Of a stretch of 64,000 nucleotides of DNA, positions 1 to 13,157 are shown piece after piece; within the stretch, counting starts at the first letter, position 1; the number at the start of each line of letters is the position of its first letter. Origin of the DNA: Chiloscyllium plagiosum (taxonomy: Eukaryota); contig NC_057718.1 of NCBI RefSeq assembly GCF_004010195.1, positions 83,988,924-84,052,923 on the forward strand. The letters run 5' to 3'. A model generated the notes under the pieces. The model had not been told where the DNA came from, did no database searches, and saw nothing but the letters and a program-made list of their open reading frames with translations. A program made the translations under genes and the position numbers.

Positions 1-324
1 GCACCTGCTTAAAGAATATTCAATATATTATCAAAGTTGCTGATTTTCCATCACACAAAATTATTACATAGACTGTAAAATCTTTATTTTGCATGAACAG
101 TGGGAGTTTCCTATTTAGCTGTTGGGGTTTTCTATCCAATATTCTAGTTCGATCACTTAGAAAGATCAATGTTTGCACAATTGTAGCAATTCAACAAATT
201 GGGAATCTGTTTACAATTGCAGGCGTAGTCACAATGGAGATCAAGTTCACAAGGCAGAGCTGTTCGGGCAAGGCAGTGCACAAATGACCTTCTATTTTGC
301 ATTATATATTACAAAACGTTTTTT

Positions 325-3300
325 AAATATATTTTTATTGAAAAATACATTTTTTAATGTTACAACAAATACAAAGCAATACAATTCAAAACAATACAAA
401 GAAAGAATACCAAAGAAATTGTAAAATCCCATGTACAAATGTATAAATATATATAAATATATGTTTTAGAAAATCCCAATTAACGACTTAACTAAACTAG
501 TAATAACTAACAACAAACTATTAAATAATAGTAATACAGCTCAGCAAAACAAAACACTAGCTCTCGAATATTGAGAAAATTAATTTTCACAAATGTTCAC
601 AGTTCCCCTCTCTGGACTCGTAAAGCACAATTATTCTGACTATCTAAAAGCCCTTATTAATGTGGCAGATAAATTTATGTCCAGGTATTCCAAAAAGGGC
701 CACCGTGTGTTATAGAAATTCTCAGTTTTGTGGTGTACCATACTTGTAAGAAAACCCAAATAGATACGTTCATTAACAATCTTACACCAACCCGATAGGC
801 CCGGGAGATTTTCAGACGCCCAACTTAACACAATAGTTCTTTCTTGCACTCAAAGTGAGGATGTCGAAAAGGTTTTTTTTATGCACATCCACAGGGAATA
901 CACTGGGCAGACCAAGAAGAAGAGACGTTGTGTCTTTCTCCACCTTTACATCCAAATACCCTCCATTGCCCCCGCCACAGCGCTCTAGTATGTTTGAAAC
1001 CTACCACTGAACCAGAGACAATGGGTAAGAGTGCCAGTACTTGGGCATGTCGAAGATACCCCTAGTTTAAATTTTGACAAATGATTCGGAGCCAAGTGGA
1101 CCCTGAGGAGAATCTTCAACTGTAAAGCATGGGTCCGATCGCAAAATATCTTTCTTGCGTTTTCCCAAATATCATCCCATGCCTCTGAGGAGACCTCAGT
1201 GCCTAGCTCTCCCACACCCTGCAAAGTTGATCAAACTCATTTGAGGGGCCCCACCCCACTTGATGATATAAAGTGCTAACAGAAACTATTCTCTTAGCAC
1301 TGAGCACCTCCTCTCTCTCTGTCGGATTTGTTGGGATCGGTCAAAACTGTCGTCTTTTTTTAAATAAAATCCGTAACTTGAAGAAAATGGAAGTGGTCCC
1401 TGCTAGATACCTCATATTTCTGCGCTAACTGATCAAAAGACATCATTTTGTGTCCCTCAAATAAATCACCCATGCAAGACACACCCCTAGCTGCCCAATG
1501 TTTGAAACCTGAATCCATCATCCCTGGTTGAAAACCCAGCATACCCACTGTAGGTGTAAGAATAGGTGTTTTGTCAATACTGCCTTCCCTCTGCCCTCCA
1601 TGCTTTAACTGCACTGATACCTATCGGGTTATGGCAATATTCCTTAACTGTCCTCTTTTTGTCCAAACTAGTAAGGGAACACTTTGCCTGAGAAGTTACG
1701 ATATCTAACTAAATTGAAAAAGGGTTCCCACAATCCCAGTCACCCACGTAAGATAAAAGCAAGCTTAGTTTTAATATCCGGGAGATCCACTTCCCCCAGT
1801 CTGTGAGGCAATTGCAGTTTAGCTAATCTAATAAAGGGCCGATTACAATGCCAAATAAAAGAGATCAACCAGACTTTTCCATAAGCAAACGTTGAGGGGG
1901 AGCATCCGTATAGGGCACAACAAATAGGGAGACTATTCGTCTTAATAAGAGCTATCCGACCTAACCATGAGACTGGAAGCGCCTCCCACCTTTGAAGGTC
2001 TTGTTTGATTTTGTCGAATAATTGAACAAAATTAACTTTAAATAGCTGACCAAGAACTGGAGTGATGAATATGCCCAAATACATAAAACCCCTCTGTGAC
2101 CACTTAAATGGGAATCAAGATTTGCCCTCAAGGTCTAGCACCTTCATAAGACCACCCATAGGCGTAGCCTCTGATTTTACAAAATTAATCTTCTGCCCCG
2201 AAAAGGTGACAAACTGGCTGATGCATTGTATCAGGCGAGGCACCGAAACTGCTAGATTTGACAAAAGAAATGAGGACATCATCCACGTACAGCAAAATCT
2301 TATGTAACTTTGACCCTGCTTCTGGAGACGATATATTAGGAACCCTACGAATGGGATCTGCAGCCCTTTATAAAGCCCACCTGGTCCTCTTTAACAATAG
2401 ATGGTACCACAGTTTCCAGCGTTAACGCAAGAGTCTTAGAGATGATTTTAAAGTCAACATTTAAGAGTGAATTGGGCCTGAAAGAAACACTGTTCTCCAG
2501 GACCTTCCCTTTTTTTAAGAATAAGCGAAATATTGGCCTCTGTTTGAGATGGCAGGAGACGATCATGACTGTACGAATCATGGAACATGTTGAGCATCGG
2601 GCCTGACAATATGCTTATAAATTCCTTATAGAATTCGCTAGGAAGTCCATCAGGACTGGGCGCCTTTCCACTGAAGATGCTTCACAGCATCCTGCACCTC
2701 TTGCTCTGATAAGGGGGTATTGAGAAAAGAATCTTGTTCGTGGGTCACACATGGGAGCTCCAGCTCCTTGAAAAAGGACTCCACCTTGGCCCGTCCCTCT
2801 TCACAACCCTCAGATTTGTATAGTTCAGAGTAAAATCTCTGGAATGCCACATTAATCTTTTTGGAATCGCATGTTAGGTTCCCAGACCCTTCCCTAATCA
2901 ATGTAATGGCTGGAGGGGCATTCCTTTTCCTGGTGAGATATGCTAGGTACTTGCCCAGTTTGTCACCATGCTCATATAACCTTTGTTTTGCGAAAATAAG
3001 CTTCTTCTTTGCTGTCTGCGTGAGCATGGAATTCAATGTAGACCACAGTGCCATAATTCTCTGTAGCTTGGCCAACAAGGGCCTGTCAAAGTAAGCTTTC
3101 TTGGCTGTGTTCAACCGTGCTTCAAGGAGATGTTGTTGCTCACCCTTCTGCTGCTTCCTACAGGCAGAGTAGGAAATAACTAACCCCCTGGCATAGGCTT
3201 TGGCAGTTTCCTGAACCTGAATTCATGTCGAGGAATTCCTTAAGAGAAGTACTCCACAAATTTATTATCCTTAAGGATAAAGGGATCCATTTGCCAGGCC

Positions 3301-5578
3301 CACCATAGCATCCTTAATCTTAAATAACAGGTACACTGGAGCTTGATCAGCGATGGTAATATTACCAATCGTACAAGATGCCACCAAATCTAGGGGGTCA
3401 GAAAAAAATCAATCCTGGTGTGACATCTGTGTGGATTGGGGAAAAAAAATCCTTGCCTGTAGAGTGGAAATGCCTCCAGACATCCACCAATCCTAACTCC
3501 ACACACACACACATCCACTAATTGTTTAGTTTGTACAGAGGGCTTCAGTGGAGCCTTTGGGTAACCTGTCTACCATGGGATCCATAAGACAATTAAAATC
3601 TCCCCCTATAATGATATGCAGGCTCTTGAAACTGATCAATTTAGAGAACGCATCTACTAGAATTTTGTGGGTATGGGCCGAAAGGCAGTAAACATTTAAA
3701 ACACCATATTCTTCCCCGTTTATCAGGGCTTTGAGGATTACAGACCTCCCCTGTGTGTCTTTTAAAACACTTTTAAATGGGAGATTCATCCTAAACAATA
3801 TAGCCACTCCCCAACTCATATTAAAGGATGAAAAGTAAACCCGAACAAAGTCATTGTGCTGTATTTTCAAATGTTCCCTATCATCCAAGTGTGTCTCCTG
3901 TAATAAAGCAATATCCACCTTTTCCTTTCTAAGACTCGAGAGTACCTTCTTCCTCTTAATTGGTGAGTGACTCCTCTTGGTGTTCCAGAAACACTATTTA
4001 ATCAAGTCATTAGCCATAACTTTCTGCAGTAACATTTAGATTCCAGAGAGGAGGAACTTGAATTGCAAATCGCCGAGCTTTAATGTAGCAAGATCCATCG
4101 AACATAAAAACTACATAAACTAGAATTGCTACAGTTAACAAATTTACAAAGTTATCAAAACGACATACAACAAAAACCAACATAGAAAGCGTCAATGGCA
4201 CTGAATTGGGGAAGCCGCCTGCTGCCTGAAGGGGGCATCTACACATCTTAAAACCCAACTTCCCATCCCGCTGCCAATACTGCAGCCAGGGAATTTAAAT
4301 ACCTGAACCAGGCATAAACTGCTCATAAGTAGACATCTAGCTGTCCCAATCATTTTCTTTCTTCCTAGCTAGAGCCGCACGACAAACACAAGCAGAAAAT
4401 AAAGAAAATATACCATGACATAACAATGTGAACAAAGAAATTTTGCAAGAAAAAAAATGGCAAGTAACCCACCCATCCTTTGGTATAACTCAACTTAGAA
4501 ACTGAAAGCACACTTCCCAACTGCCCCAAACATAGTTTAGACCAGATTATCACCAATAAAAAAAGAGTTCCATCCAGACTTCCTACTTTTTAAAGTAAAG
4601 TAGAGATATACCCAAACAACACTACTGTTTGTACATACTAAATTGTTTAGATTAAGTTAATTTGTCCATGAAGTGTCTTGACTTCTCCGACATGTCAAAG
4701 GGTCGCATAGATCCATCTAAGATGCACTATTGGATACCTCAAGAGTACTGGATCCCGAGTTCCCTCAGTCTTTTCTTAACGCAGTCATAGGATTTTCATT
4801 TCTGGATCACCACTGCTGAGAATTCCTGGAGAAACATAATCTTAAAACCCTAGAAAACTAGGGCCTTTGGATCCTTCCCTGGATTCTGGAAGCTTCCGTG
4901 TTTCTCTCCCTATCTCTACAGTGATGAAACTGTACCAAGGTAGGATGAGGACATTGGTCCAAATCTGACCTCCTCGCCGTGGCCTGGTGAGCCTTCTCAA
5001 TCTTTAAGCTTCTCATTCCAGCTTCCAAGTTAAGGAATTTTGGCAACTAGTCCTCAATAAATTCCACTGGCTGCTCATCTTCTTTACCCTCTGGCAGACC
5101 AATGATCAAACTGTCTTTTCTCCTGCCCCTATTGTCGAGGTCATCAACCTCGTTTAGCAAATGGTGGACCTGCAGCTCCAGGGCCTGAATTCTATTCTAT
5201 TGGAGGAACCGGAATCAGCTTCCACCACTGTGACTCTGTGTTCTACCTCATACGTCCTTTTCTCCAGGTCTCCCAGCGTCTGCAGCACAACAGAGATCGT
5301 AACCAGCATCTGCTCTATGTGCTTGCCCAACATCTTGCGAAATTTCGTGAGCTCCTTTACCAGGACCTGGGCCGCGAGCCTGACCTAGGCCGTATGTGCT
5401 CCCTTCTTCAGCCTCCCTGGACGGCGAAAACCAAGGTAAGTTGCTCCCTGTCAGTTTCCTGGGACTCCATGACATTTCCAGGTGATCCGGGTAGGGCAGA
5501 TTAGGACTTTGTCCCACTTATGATATGGTGTGGAGCTCTGCAGTGCAATCTTTGTAGATCGCCACCATCTTGGATCCC
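325..5578 (-). mobile_element. full-length but decayed L1-clade LINE (ORF1, spacer, EN-RT ORF2)
   Basis: ORF2 remnants 4017->640 (PIKRKKVL..DIALLQETHL, IIGGDFN, RP.SLLNVDFKI, LYVDD, YLGI); ORF1-like remnants ~5470->4660 (KIEKAHQ, VQFHHCRDRE); AATAAA near 335-340 on the minus strand; 5' end GGGATCCAAGATGG; degenerate 14-bp TSD at 311-324 / 5579-5592. Confidence 0.9.
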
Positions 5579-6129
5579 ACAAAAAGGTTCTTAATCTGGA
5601 TCCTGCCACTTCCAGAAGTACCGAATATTTGCTTACTTTTAAACATGAAATGTGTTTAACATGTTACACCACATCTGTAAAGCCAACTTATACGTTGTTC
5701 ATTTATAAATTTCTCCCAGAGGCAAATTGAGGTTTCACTATAAGTCCACAAACTCTGGTATCCAGTGGTAGATCTTGTTAATAGTTTTCCATCACAAGTC
5801 ATTTGGTTATATTGAAGTCTATGACTATAAACAGGCTGATATCTAATAGGTCTTATGGGAGTTCAGAGCAAGAGTGGAGAAGATAGCATTTTGCAAACTT
5901 GGACTGTTTAAAAACCTAAAAGCAAATGATACTTTCCAGCTTTTCTAAATTCTTCTTTCATTCAGGAATTGTGAATGATTTTGTTTTTCTCCACCTTGAC
6001 CCAATTAGAACTTCAGCTTCTTGGTTATCAAACCACTCCAAAATACTCTGCTGCATGTCATTTTGAATAAGTAGTAATCTATACTGCAGCTGACGAGCAA
6101 CTGACAAAATTACCAAGGCTCGTATTGCC

Positions 6130-6560
6130 AAAATTTCTCCAAATTGAGAATATTTCTTTAGATGATGGATTATCCTATGAAAAAAGGCTGGGCCTGAATC
6201 CTTTGGAGTTCAGAAGCATGAGATTTGAGCTGTTGAAGCCTATAGCATCTTAAGTGGAATTGATAGAGTGGATGGTGAGAGGATGTTTAACCTTGTGGAT
6301 CGAGGGTTCACTGTTGAAAAATGAGGTATGTCACATTTAAGGCAGAGATGATGAGAATATTTTGCCAGAGTTTCTGCCAGGTTTGTTAGTTTTTGGAAGT
6401 CTCTTTCCTGGAGATTGGTGGAGGCACAGTGTGTTAGGTGGATTGACTAAAAAGGGATTTGAACGTAGTAAGCAGGAAAGTGGAGTTGAGACTACAATCA
6501 AATCAGCTATGACCTTTTCAAGCAGCAACGCAGATTTGAACAGCTGAATCGTAAACCATC
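6130..6560 (+). mobile_element. old CR1-type LINE 3' fragment
   Basis: Degenerate match to the CR1 ORF2 C-terminus (LSYE.RL..LGL.SLE.R) seen in other copies in the window. Confidence 0.55.
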
Positions 6561-6569
6561 AAATTCATA

Positions 6570-7975
6570 TGGACAGTGAAGAAGGTTACCTCAGTACAAT
6601 GGGACCTTGATCAGATGGGCTCAGGGGTGGCAGGTGAAATTTCAAGTAGATAAAAGTGAGATGCTACATTGTGGTCGGCTGTTAAGTTCTTTTTGTTGAG
6701 ATTCTTACACACTTGATGCAACTGTAATGCACTAACTTCTGTGAACAATAACCAAATTTTAGTCAGCAAATACAGTATAAGCTGTGGAGAAACTCAACAT
6801 TCTTCACAATGCTTGCGAAGCATGTTGAGCGGTCTCTCTGAATAAAGGAAACAGTTCTTCCTTTATACAAAATCTTTACATCACAGTTGGTAATGCTGAC
6901 AAGCCAAGTACCAGCCACTTCCTCACAGTCATATGCCACTCAAGACACAATGCAGTGACCTGATCATCTCCAGAAACATTCCTTAATCATTCCTTAATGG
7001 CAAGACCTGGTGCGATTTGTTTTTTTTTCTAACTATAGGGTGCAGTCAGAATTTTAATTGCCATGTTCTAATTGATTCTGAATAGGTGATGATGCAAATG
7101 GCTCTGAATGGCAAGGGATGATGATGTAAATTCACTTATATTCTACCTGTAGAACAGAGACATTCCCACCCTGCTCCTGGGGCATTCAATTTCTTGCTTG
7201 TCAGGAGAGCAAATTAACTCTTTAATATCTCACTGCCAAATCAGGAAGGTTTTATAAATTTAAGGTAATGTCCTTAGGACAGTTGCTGAACAAAGACACC
7301 TTGGAGTGCAGGTTCATAGTTCCTTGAAAGTGGAGTTGCAGGTCGACAGGGTAGTGAAGAAGGCATTTTGGTACTCTTGCCTTTATTGGTCAGTGCATTG
7401 AGTATAGGAGTTGGGAGGTCGTGTTGCAACTGTACAGGATATTGATGAGACCATTTTGGGAATATTGTGTGCAATTCTGGTCTCCCTGCTATAAGAAAGA
7501 TGTTGTGAATGTTGAAAGAATTCAGAAAAGATTTAGAGGATGTTGCCAGGATTGGTGGGGGGTTTGAGCTGTAGCGAAAGGCTGAGTAGGTTGGGGCTAT
7601 TTTTCTGGAGTGTTGGAGGCTGAAACTTTATGAAGTCTTGAGGGGCATGGATAGTGTGAATAGCCAAGGTCTTTTCTCCAGGGTAGGGGAGTCCAAACGA
7701 GGTTTAAGGTGAGAGAAGAAAGATTTTACAAGGGTCCTAGAGGGCAACATTTTGGCGCAGAGGATGGTGCGTGTATGGAATGAGCTGCCAGAGGAAGTGC
7801 TGAAGGCTGGTACAATTTAAAAGGTACTTGGATAGGTACAAGAATAGGAAGGGTTTAGAGGGATATGGACCAAATGCTGGCAAATGGGACTAGATTAATT
7901 TAGGATAGCTGGTCAGCATGGATGAGTTGGACCAAAGCGTCTGTTTTCATGCTGTACATTGCAATGACATTCTAT
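6570..7975 (+). mobile_element. HER1/CR1 LINE 3' part, interrupted by a ~565-bp insert (6670-7234)
   Basis: Colinear with the copies at 17750-18620 and 47280-48160; ends in the ...gtctgttttcatgctgtaca tail. Confidence 0.85.
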
Positions 7976-8029
7976 GTTTGTTTCTGTTCCCCAAATTGTC
8001 ATGCATATCTTTGCTTCTTCTCAATTATT

Positions 8030-8340
8030 CCAGTGCTGTCCTGGCTGGCCTCCTGTTTTCCACTCGACATGGACTTAAGATCATACAGAACAGTATTCTG
8101 ACTTCATTGTTCCATTCATCCATCACTCATGCTCATTGACTTAACTTGGTTCCCAGTTCACCAGTACCTTAATTTGAAAATTGCTGTCTTATTTTCAAAT
8201 CCCTCAGTGACCTTAACCCTCCCTATCTCTGTATTTCCTCAGACTGATAAATCCCCACATCTCTGCTCTACTCCAATTCTCGACCTGGCCTCAAGTGTAT
8301 CTCAAATTTGAATCCCTCCACCATTGAACAAGTTCCTCAG
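8030..8340 (+). mobile_element. L2-like LINE fragment
   Basis: Encodes a LTWFPVHQYLNLKIAVLF-like motif (cf. L2 ORF2 LHWLPV..RI.FKI). Confidence 0.55.
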
Positions 8341-8489
8341 CCCTAAATATTTTTAATCAACCTACATGGACATGTTATGACACAGCTCTGGCCCAGAAGT
8401 AGGAACGTTACCACCCACCTCAGCCATAAACTGAGATGTCCCTCAGTAAGCCCCTCTCCTATTTTAACATTTTAAAAATTAATTGGACC

Positions 8490-8930
8490 AGCCATATAAA
8501 TACTGCGGCTACAAAAGCAGACTAACATCTGAGAATTCTGTGACAAGTAGCTCATATCCTTTTTCCTCAAATGTAAATGAAAGCAGTTCAAACAATTTCC
8601 ATGAAATAGCTCACCATCGAGGACAAGATAGTCCATTTGATTGATCATCATCAGTGTTCTCTTTCTCCACCCCTGCATGTAGTGGCCTCCGTATATCCTA
8701 TACTGTAGAATGTTCTGTATGTACAAGATCCACATCCTCTATCATCAAAAAGAACAAAGACCCCACAGATGCATAGGAAAATAATTATCACTATCCTGAC
8801 CTGGAACTAGACTGTAGTTTCTTTAGTGTTGCAGTTTCTAAATCCTGGAGCTCCATCCCAAACTGCACTATGGATGTACCTGCGCCATGTGGACTGCAAC
8901 TGTATAAGAAGGGAGCCCACCACCACCATA
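8490..8930 (+). mobile_element. CR1/L2-group LINE 3' fragment ('family C' of this window)
   Basis: Shares the ggactgca...aagaaggcagctcaccaccac tail with the copies at 33690-34590, 37150-38105 and 40835-41600. Confidence 0.6.
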
Positions 8931-8952
8931 GAGTCGCATTCCCACTAATTTA

Positions 8953-9280
8953 TTAGATTAGATAATTTACAGATTAGATTAGATTACTTAGTGTGGAAAC
9001 AGGCCCTTCGGCCCAACAAGTCCACACCGACCCGCCGAAGCGCAACCCACCCATACCCCTACATTTACCCCCTACCTAACACTATGGGCAATTTAGCATG
9101 GCCAATTCACCTGACCTGCACATTTTTGTGGGAGGAAACCGGAGCACCCGGAGGAAACCCACGCAGACACGGGGAGAACGTGCAAACTCCACACAGTCAT
9201 TCGCCTGAGGCGGGAATTGAACCCGGGTCTCTGGCGCTGTGAGGCAGCAGTGCTAACCACTGTGCCACCGTGCCGCCCAC
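8953..9280 (-). mobile_element. HE1/V-type tRNA-derived SINE with (TCTAA)n tail
   Basis: A-box/B-box head GGTGGCACAGTGGTTAGCACTGCTGCC...GGTTCAATTCC, V-domain-like core GGGTTTCCTCCGGGTGCTCCGGTTTCCTCCC, LINE-derived tail. Confidence 0.9.
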
Positions 9281-9454
9281 AAATTTGTTTTACTACTGCA
9301 CAGACCTCTAATGTCTGTGTGTGGCAATGACTTCTGGAATCCAGGTCAGGTCTGTGAATGACCTCGACATACTAATCGCTATGCGTGGTCCCTCAGAGCG
9401 ACTGGATGCATGCATAGCTCAGCAGGAATATTGTTCTCAAAGCATCGGATGCAC

Positions 9455-10185
9455 AATAAATGCTGAAACAAAAATATAAATTGCTGGAAAAGCTCAGCAG
9501 ATCTGGCAGCACCATCTGTGGGGAGAAATTAGAGTTAATGTTTTGGGGTTAAGTAACCCTTCCTCGGAAAATTTTTTTATGCCGAAGTCAGGCTGGAGGG
9601 AGAGGGTAATGATTAAATGATAGGTGGGGATGGAGCCCAAAGAAAGATAAGAATAGTTGGACGGATAAAGGAATGGTTAACGATCTGGCTATGAGAGTTG
9701 AATAGCTATTAATGGGGACTGTTAGTGGCTAACAATGGGTTATTTATAATCGTTGAAAAGTGTGGTGCTGGAAAAGTCCAGCAGGTCAGGCAGCATTCAA
9801 GGAGCAGGAGAATTGATGTTTTGGGCATAAGCTCTTCATCAAGAATTTCTGATGTAAGGCTTATGCCCAAAATGTCGATTCTCCTGCTCCTCAGATGCTG
9901 CCTGACCTGCTGTGTTCTTCCAGCGCCATACTTTGCTATCTGATCTCCAGCATCTGCAGTCCTCACTTTCTCTGAGTTATGTGTGATAGCAGACTATTGA
10001 TAACAAGACCAGGTATGTGGGGGTTAGGGTAAGGATGTGAGAGCTCAAGCCCTAAAGTTATTGAACTCTTGAGTCCAGAGGGCTGCCGGGTCCCTAAGCG
10101 GTCAATGAGGTGCTGTTCTTCCAGCTTGCGCTGAGCTTTGCTGGAGCACTGCACCAACCTTGCCAATGACATACTCAGCCAATAA
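9455..10185 (-). mobile_element. Penelope-like element 3' end (GIY-YIG C-terminus plus pLTR)
   Basis: Translates SSKAQRKLEEQHLIDRLGTRQPSGL; terminal repeat resembles 40490-40630 and 56570-56800; interrupted by 9752-9971. Confidence 0.75.
9752..9971. mobile_element. palindromic Penelope-derived short element
   Basis: ~85-bp inverted arms plus asymmetric tail ctgatctccagcatctgcagtcctcactttctc; same family as 23517-23727. Confidence 0.8.
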
Positions 10186-10669
10186 ATGGGGAAAAAAACA
10201 CGCCATAACATCTTGCACTAATCAAACCTTTTCTCTGTTGGCCTAATACTTTTTTGTATGACTAAGTATCAGATTCTGTTTAATAACTTTGGCTGTGTTA
10301 TCACATTAAGCATGTTACGGAACTACAAATTATTGAAATGGTCATTTGCGCGACACTATTAATGTCTGTTTTCTAATAATGTATGTTGTGTGAATGAAAA
10401 TGTATGTGGGGTTATTTATTATTGCTAATTTTTCCTTATTGCAACAAATTAATTTACTAACACAAAACTTAATTCCTGTCTCTCTCTCTCTTTTTGATCT
10501 GGAATGAGTTAGTGCTATTTCACTGATAGTTTTGATTTATCCTTTATGCACTTTCTGGTTTATTGTGTTTCATTGCAATCATTTGAGTGAGTGAAAGGTC
10601 TCAGAAGGCCAGTAAGATTGAGATTGTTCAACTGCTGATTGCCCAAGACTTGCACTTACATCAACATGA

Positions 10670-11210
10670 GAAAAATAGATGCCAGACTAGGCCATTTGGC
10701 CAATTAAGCCAGCCATGTTATTCAACAAAATCATGAGTTCTATCTTCCTGTGGTATCCTCAATCCCTTTCATGCCCACACAAGATTTGTTAAGAGGTTTC
10801 TTCCATGACATGATGTCCATTTGGTATGTTTCAATGTCCACTTTTTTCCTGTTTCCTACAAATACAAAATAAGAGTAGAAGTTGACGATTCAATCTCTTG
10901 AGCTGACTCCTCCATTCAAAAGGATCAAGGCTGATCTGTTCTAAATTCCCATCTAACCCTGACAGCCCTTGATTTCTCTATCTATCCATCTCTTGTTTTA
11001 AAAAAATTCAATGATCCTACCTCCATCACCACTTGAAGCACAAAATTCCAAAGTCGCACAACCCTCTGTTTCCTTCTGCCCTAAAAGGGCGATTCCTAAT
11101 TTTAAAGCATTGTACCCTAGATCTGGACTGACCCGTAAGTGACAACATTTTGTTGAAATCTACCTTGACAAGACAGTTGAGGCTTTTGTTTGTGTCAGTC
11201 AAGTTCAGAA
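10670..11210 (-). mobile_element. degenerate CR1-type 3' tails (two fragments)
   Basis: Similar to the agaaataggagcagg...ccattcaa..agatcatggctgatc tail at 12206 and 43720. Confidence 0.5.
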
Positions 11211-11237
11211 ATTCATTAGCTCCAAAGTAAATAATTC

Positions 11238-11372
11238 ATGCACACACTCTCACAAGCATGCTCATGCACACTCTCGTGCATGCTCTCACTCTGTCATGTG
11301 CACACTCGCTCTCACGCACACTCTCATGTGCTATCTCGCATTCTTGCTCTTATGCACACGTGCTTGCACTCA
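11238..11372. repeat. degenerate CA/CT-rich simple repeat
   Basis: Repeated cacactctca(tg) units. Confidence 0.75.
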
Positions 11373-12205
11373 TCCCAAACAAATCAGATCATTAGTGGAT
11401 ATCATACCCATAAGAGGAAGCATTTCTCCGATCTGGATTTCTCTCCAAAAATATTGGTTCTGGTAAGACCAAACAAAACTGCTAGTTGGAGTGAAGAACA
11501 CAACTGAAACCACATTTATTGTTTCAAGTGCAATTTTGGGCATTCTCATCTCAAAGGGCTTTAACATGTGGCAAGGGCTTGGAGAAGACTATCCAAGATT
11601 AGTCTAGATTCAGGCTACAAAGAAACAAAGAGAGGCTTCTGCGCAGCAAAGTCCTCCTTCATAGAAAAATTTGATCATTTAGATTGCAAAGAGGTATTTG
11701 AGTTTGAAAAGAGCAATTTGAAACATATCATATGAATACAGAGTGACTGGTTTGAAAATGATCACGAGCTAAAGATTAGAAGAAATATATTGTCTTGCAG
11801 TGTAGCAAATATGTATAACAGATTTTGTCAAAACAATTAATGCAGAAGAAGGAATGCTGGATGATGAGAGAAATTGAGGTTTTGGTCAAGCAAAAAAATG
11901 AAGCTTATGTCAGGTCTCGACAGCAGAGATCAATTGAATCCTTGGGGTACAAAGGCATTAGGAGAATACTTAAGAGGGAAATCAGGAGGGCAAAAAGCGG
12001 ACATGAAATAGCTTTGGCAAATGAAGTTAAGGAGAATCCAAATGAATTCGACAAATATGTTAAGGACAAAAGGGTAACAAGGGAGAGAATAAGGCCCTTC
12101 AAAGATTAGCAAGGCAGCCTATGTGTTGAACCACAGGAGATGGGGGAGATGCTAAATGAGTATTTTTCATCAGTGTTTACTGTGGAGAACTTGGAAGATA
12201 TAGAA

Positions 12206-13157
12206 TAAGAACATAAGCACTAGGAGCAGGATTAGGTCATCTGGCTCATCTGTGCCATTCAATGAGATCAAGGCTGATCGTTTCATGGCCTCAGCTCCAC
12301 TTACCTGCTCTCTCTCCATAGCCCTTTAATTCCTTTACTGTTCAAAAAGTTATCTTGGCGTAAAAAACAATAAGGAAGCCTCAACTACTTTGGGCATGGA
12401 ATTCCATGGATTCACAACCCTCTGAGAGAAGAAGTTCCTTCTCAATTCAGTCTTAAATCTACTCTCCCTAATTTTGAGGATATGCCCTTGTGTCGTAATT
12501 TCACCCACCAGTGGAAACAGCCTCTCTACTTCAATCTTATCTACGGTGGCTTAGTGGTTAGCACTGCTGCCTCACAGCACCAGGGTCCCTGGTTCGATTC
12601 TAGCCTCGGGCAACTGTCTGTGTGGAATTTGCACATTCTCCCTGTGTCTGCTTAGGTTTCCTCCGGGTGCTCCAGTATCCTCCCACAATCCAAAGATGTG
12701 CAGGTCAAGTGAATTGGCCTTGCTAAATTGTCCATAGTGTTAGGTGCATTAATCAGAAGGGGGTGGCTTACTCTTCGGATATGCGGTGTGTCCTTGTTGG
12801 GCCCAAGGGCCTGTTTCCACACTGTAGAGAATCTAGGCTAATCTAACAAAAAAAAAAATTGTTTCTATATGATCCCCCTTCATTCTTCTAAATTCCAATG
12901 AATGTAATTCCAGTCTACTCGGTGTCTCCCCATAAGCCAAACCCCTCAACTCCTGAATCAACCTAGTAAGCCTCCTCTGCACCCCCTCCAGTGCCAGTAT
13001 GTTATTTCTCAAGAAAGGAGGCCAAAACTGCACGCAGTACTCCAGGTGTGACCTCACTAGCAACATAACCTCCCTGCTTTTAAACTGAATCCCTTTAACA
13101 ATGAAGGACAAAATTCCATTTGCCTTCTTAATTGCTTGTTGCACCTGCAGACGAACC
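12206..13157 (-). mobile_element. CR1-type LINE ('family B') 3' part nested in HER1
   Basis: Reverse-complement match to 26450-27330; ORF 12833-13159 encodes LVRSHLEYCVQFW. Confidence 0.85.
12544..12858 (+). mobile_element. HE1/V-type SINE nested in the family B LINE
   Basis: tRNA-like head, V core, gggcctgtttccacactg tail, oligo-A. Confidence 0.9.

Noticed and set aside
12544..12620. tRNA genes at SINE heads
   Set aside because: A/B boxes are present, but they continue into SINE core and tail with no complete cloverleaf.
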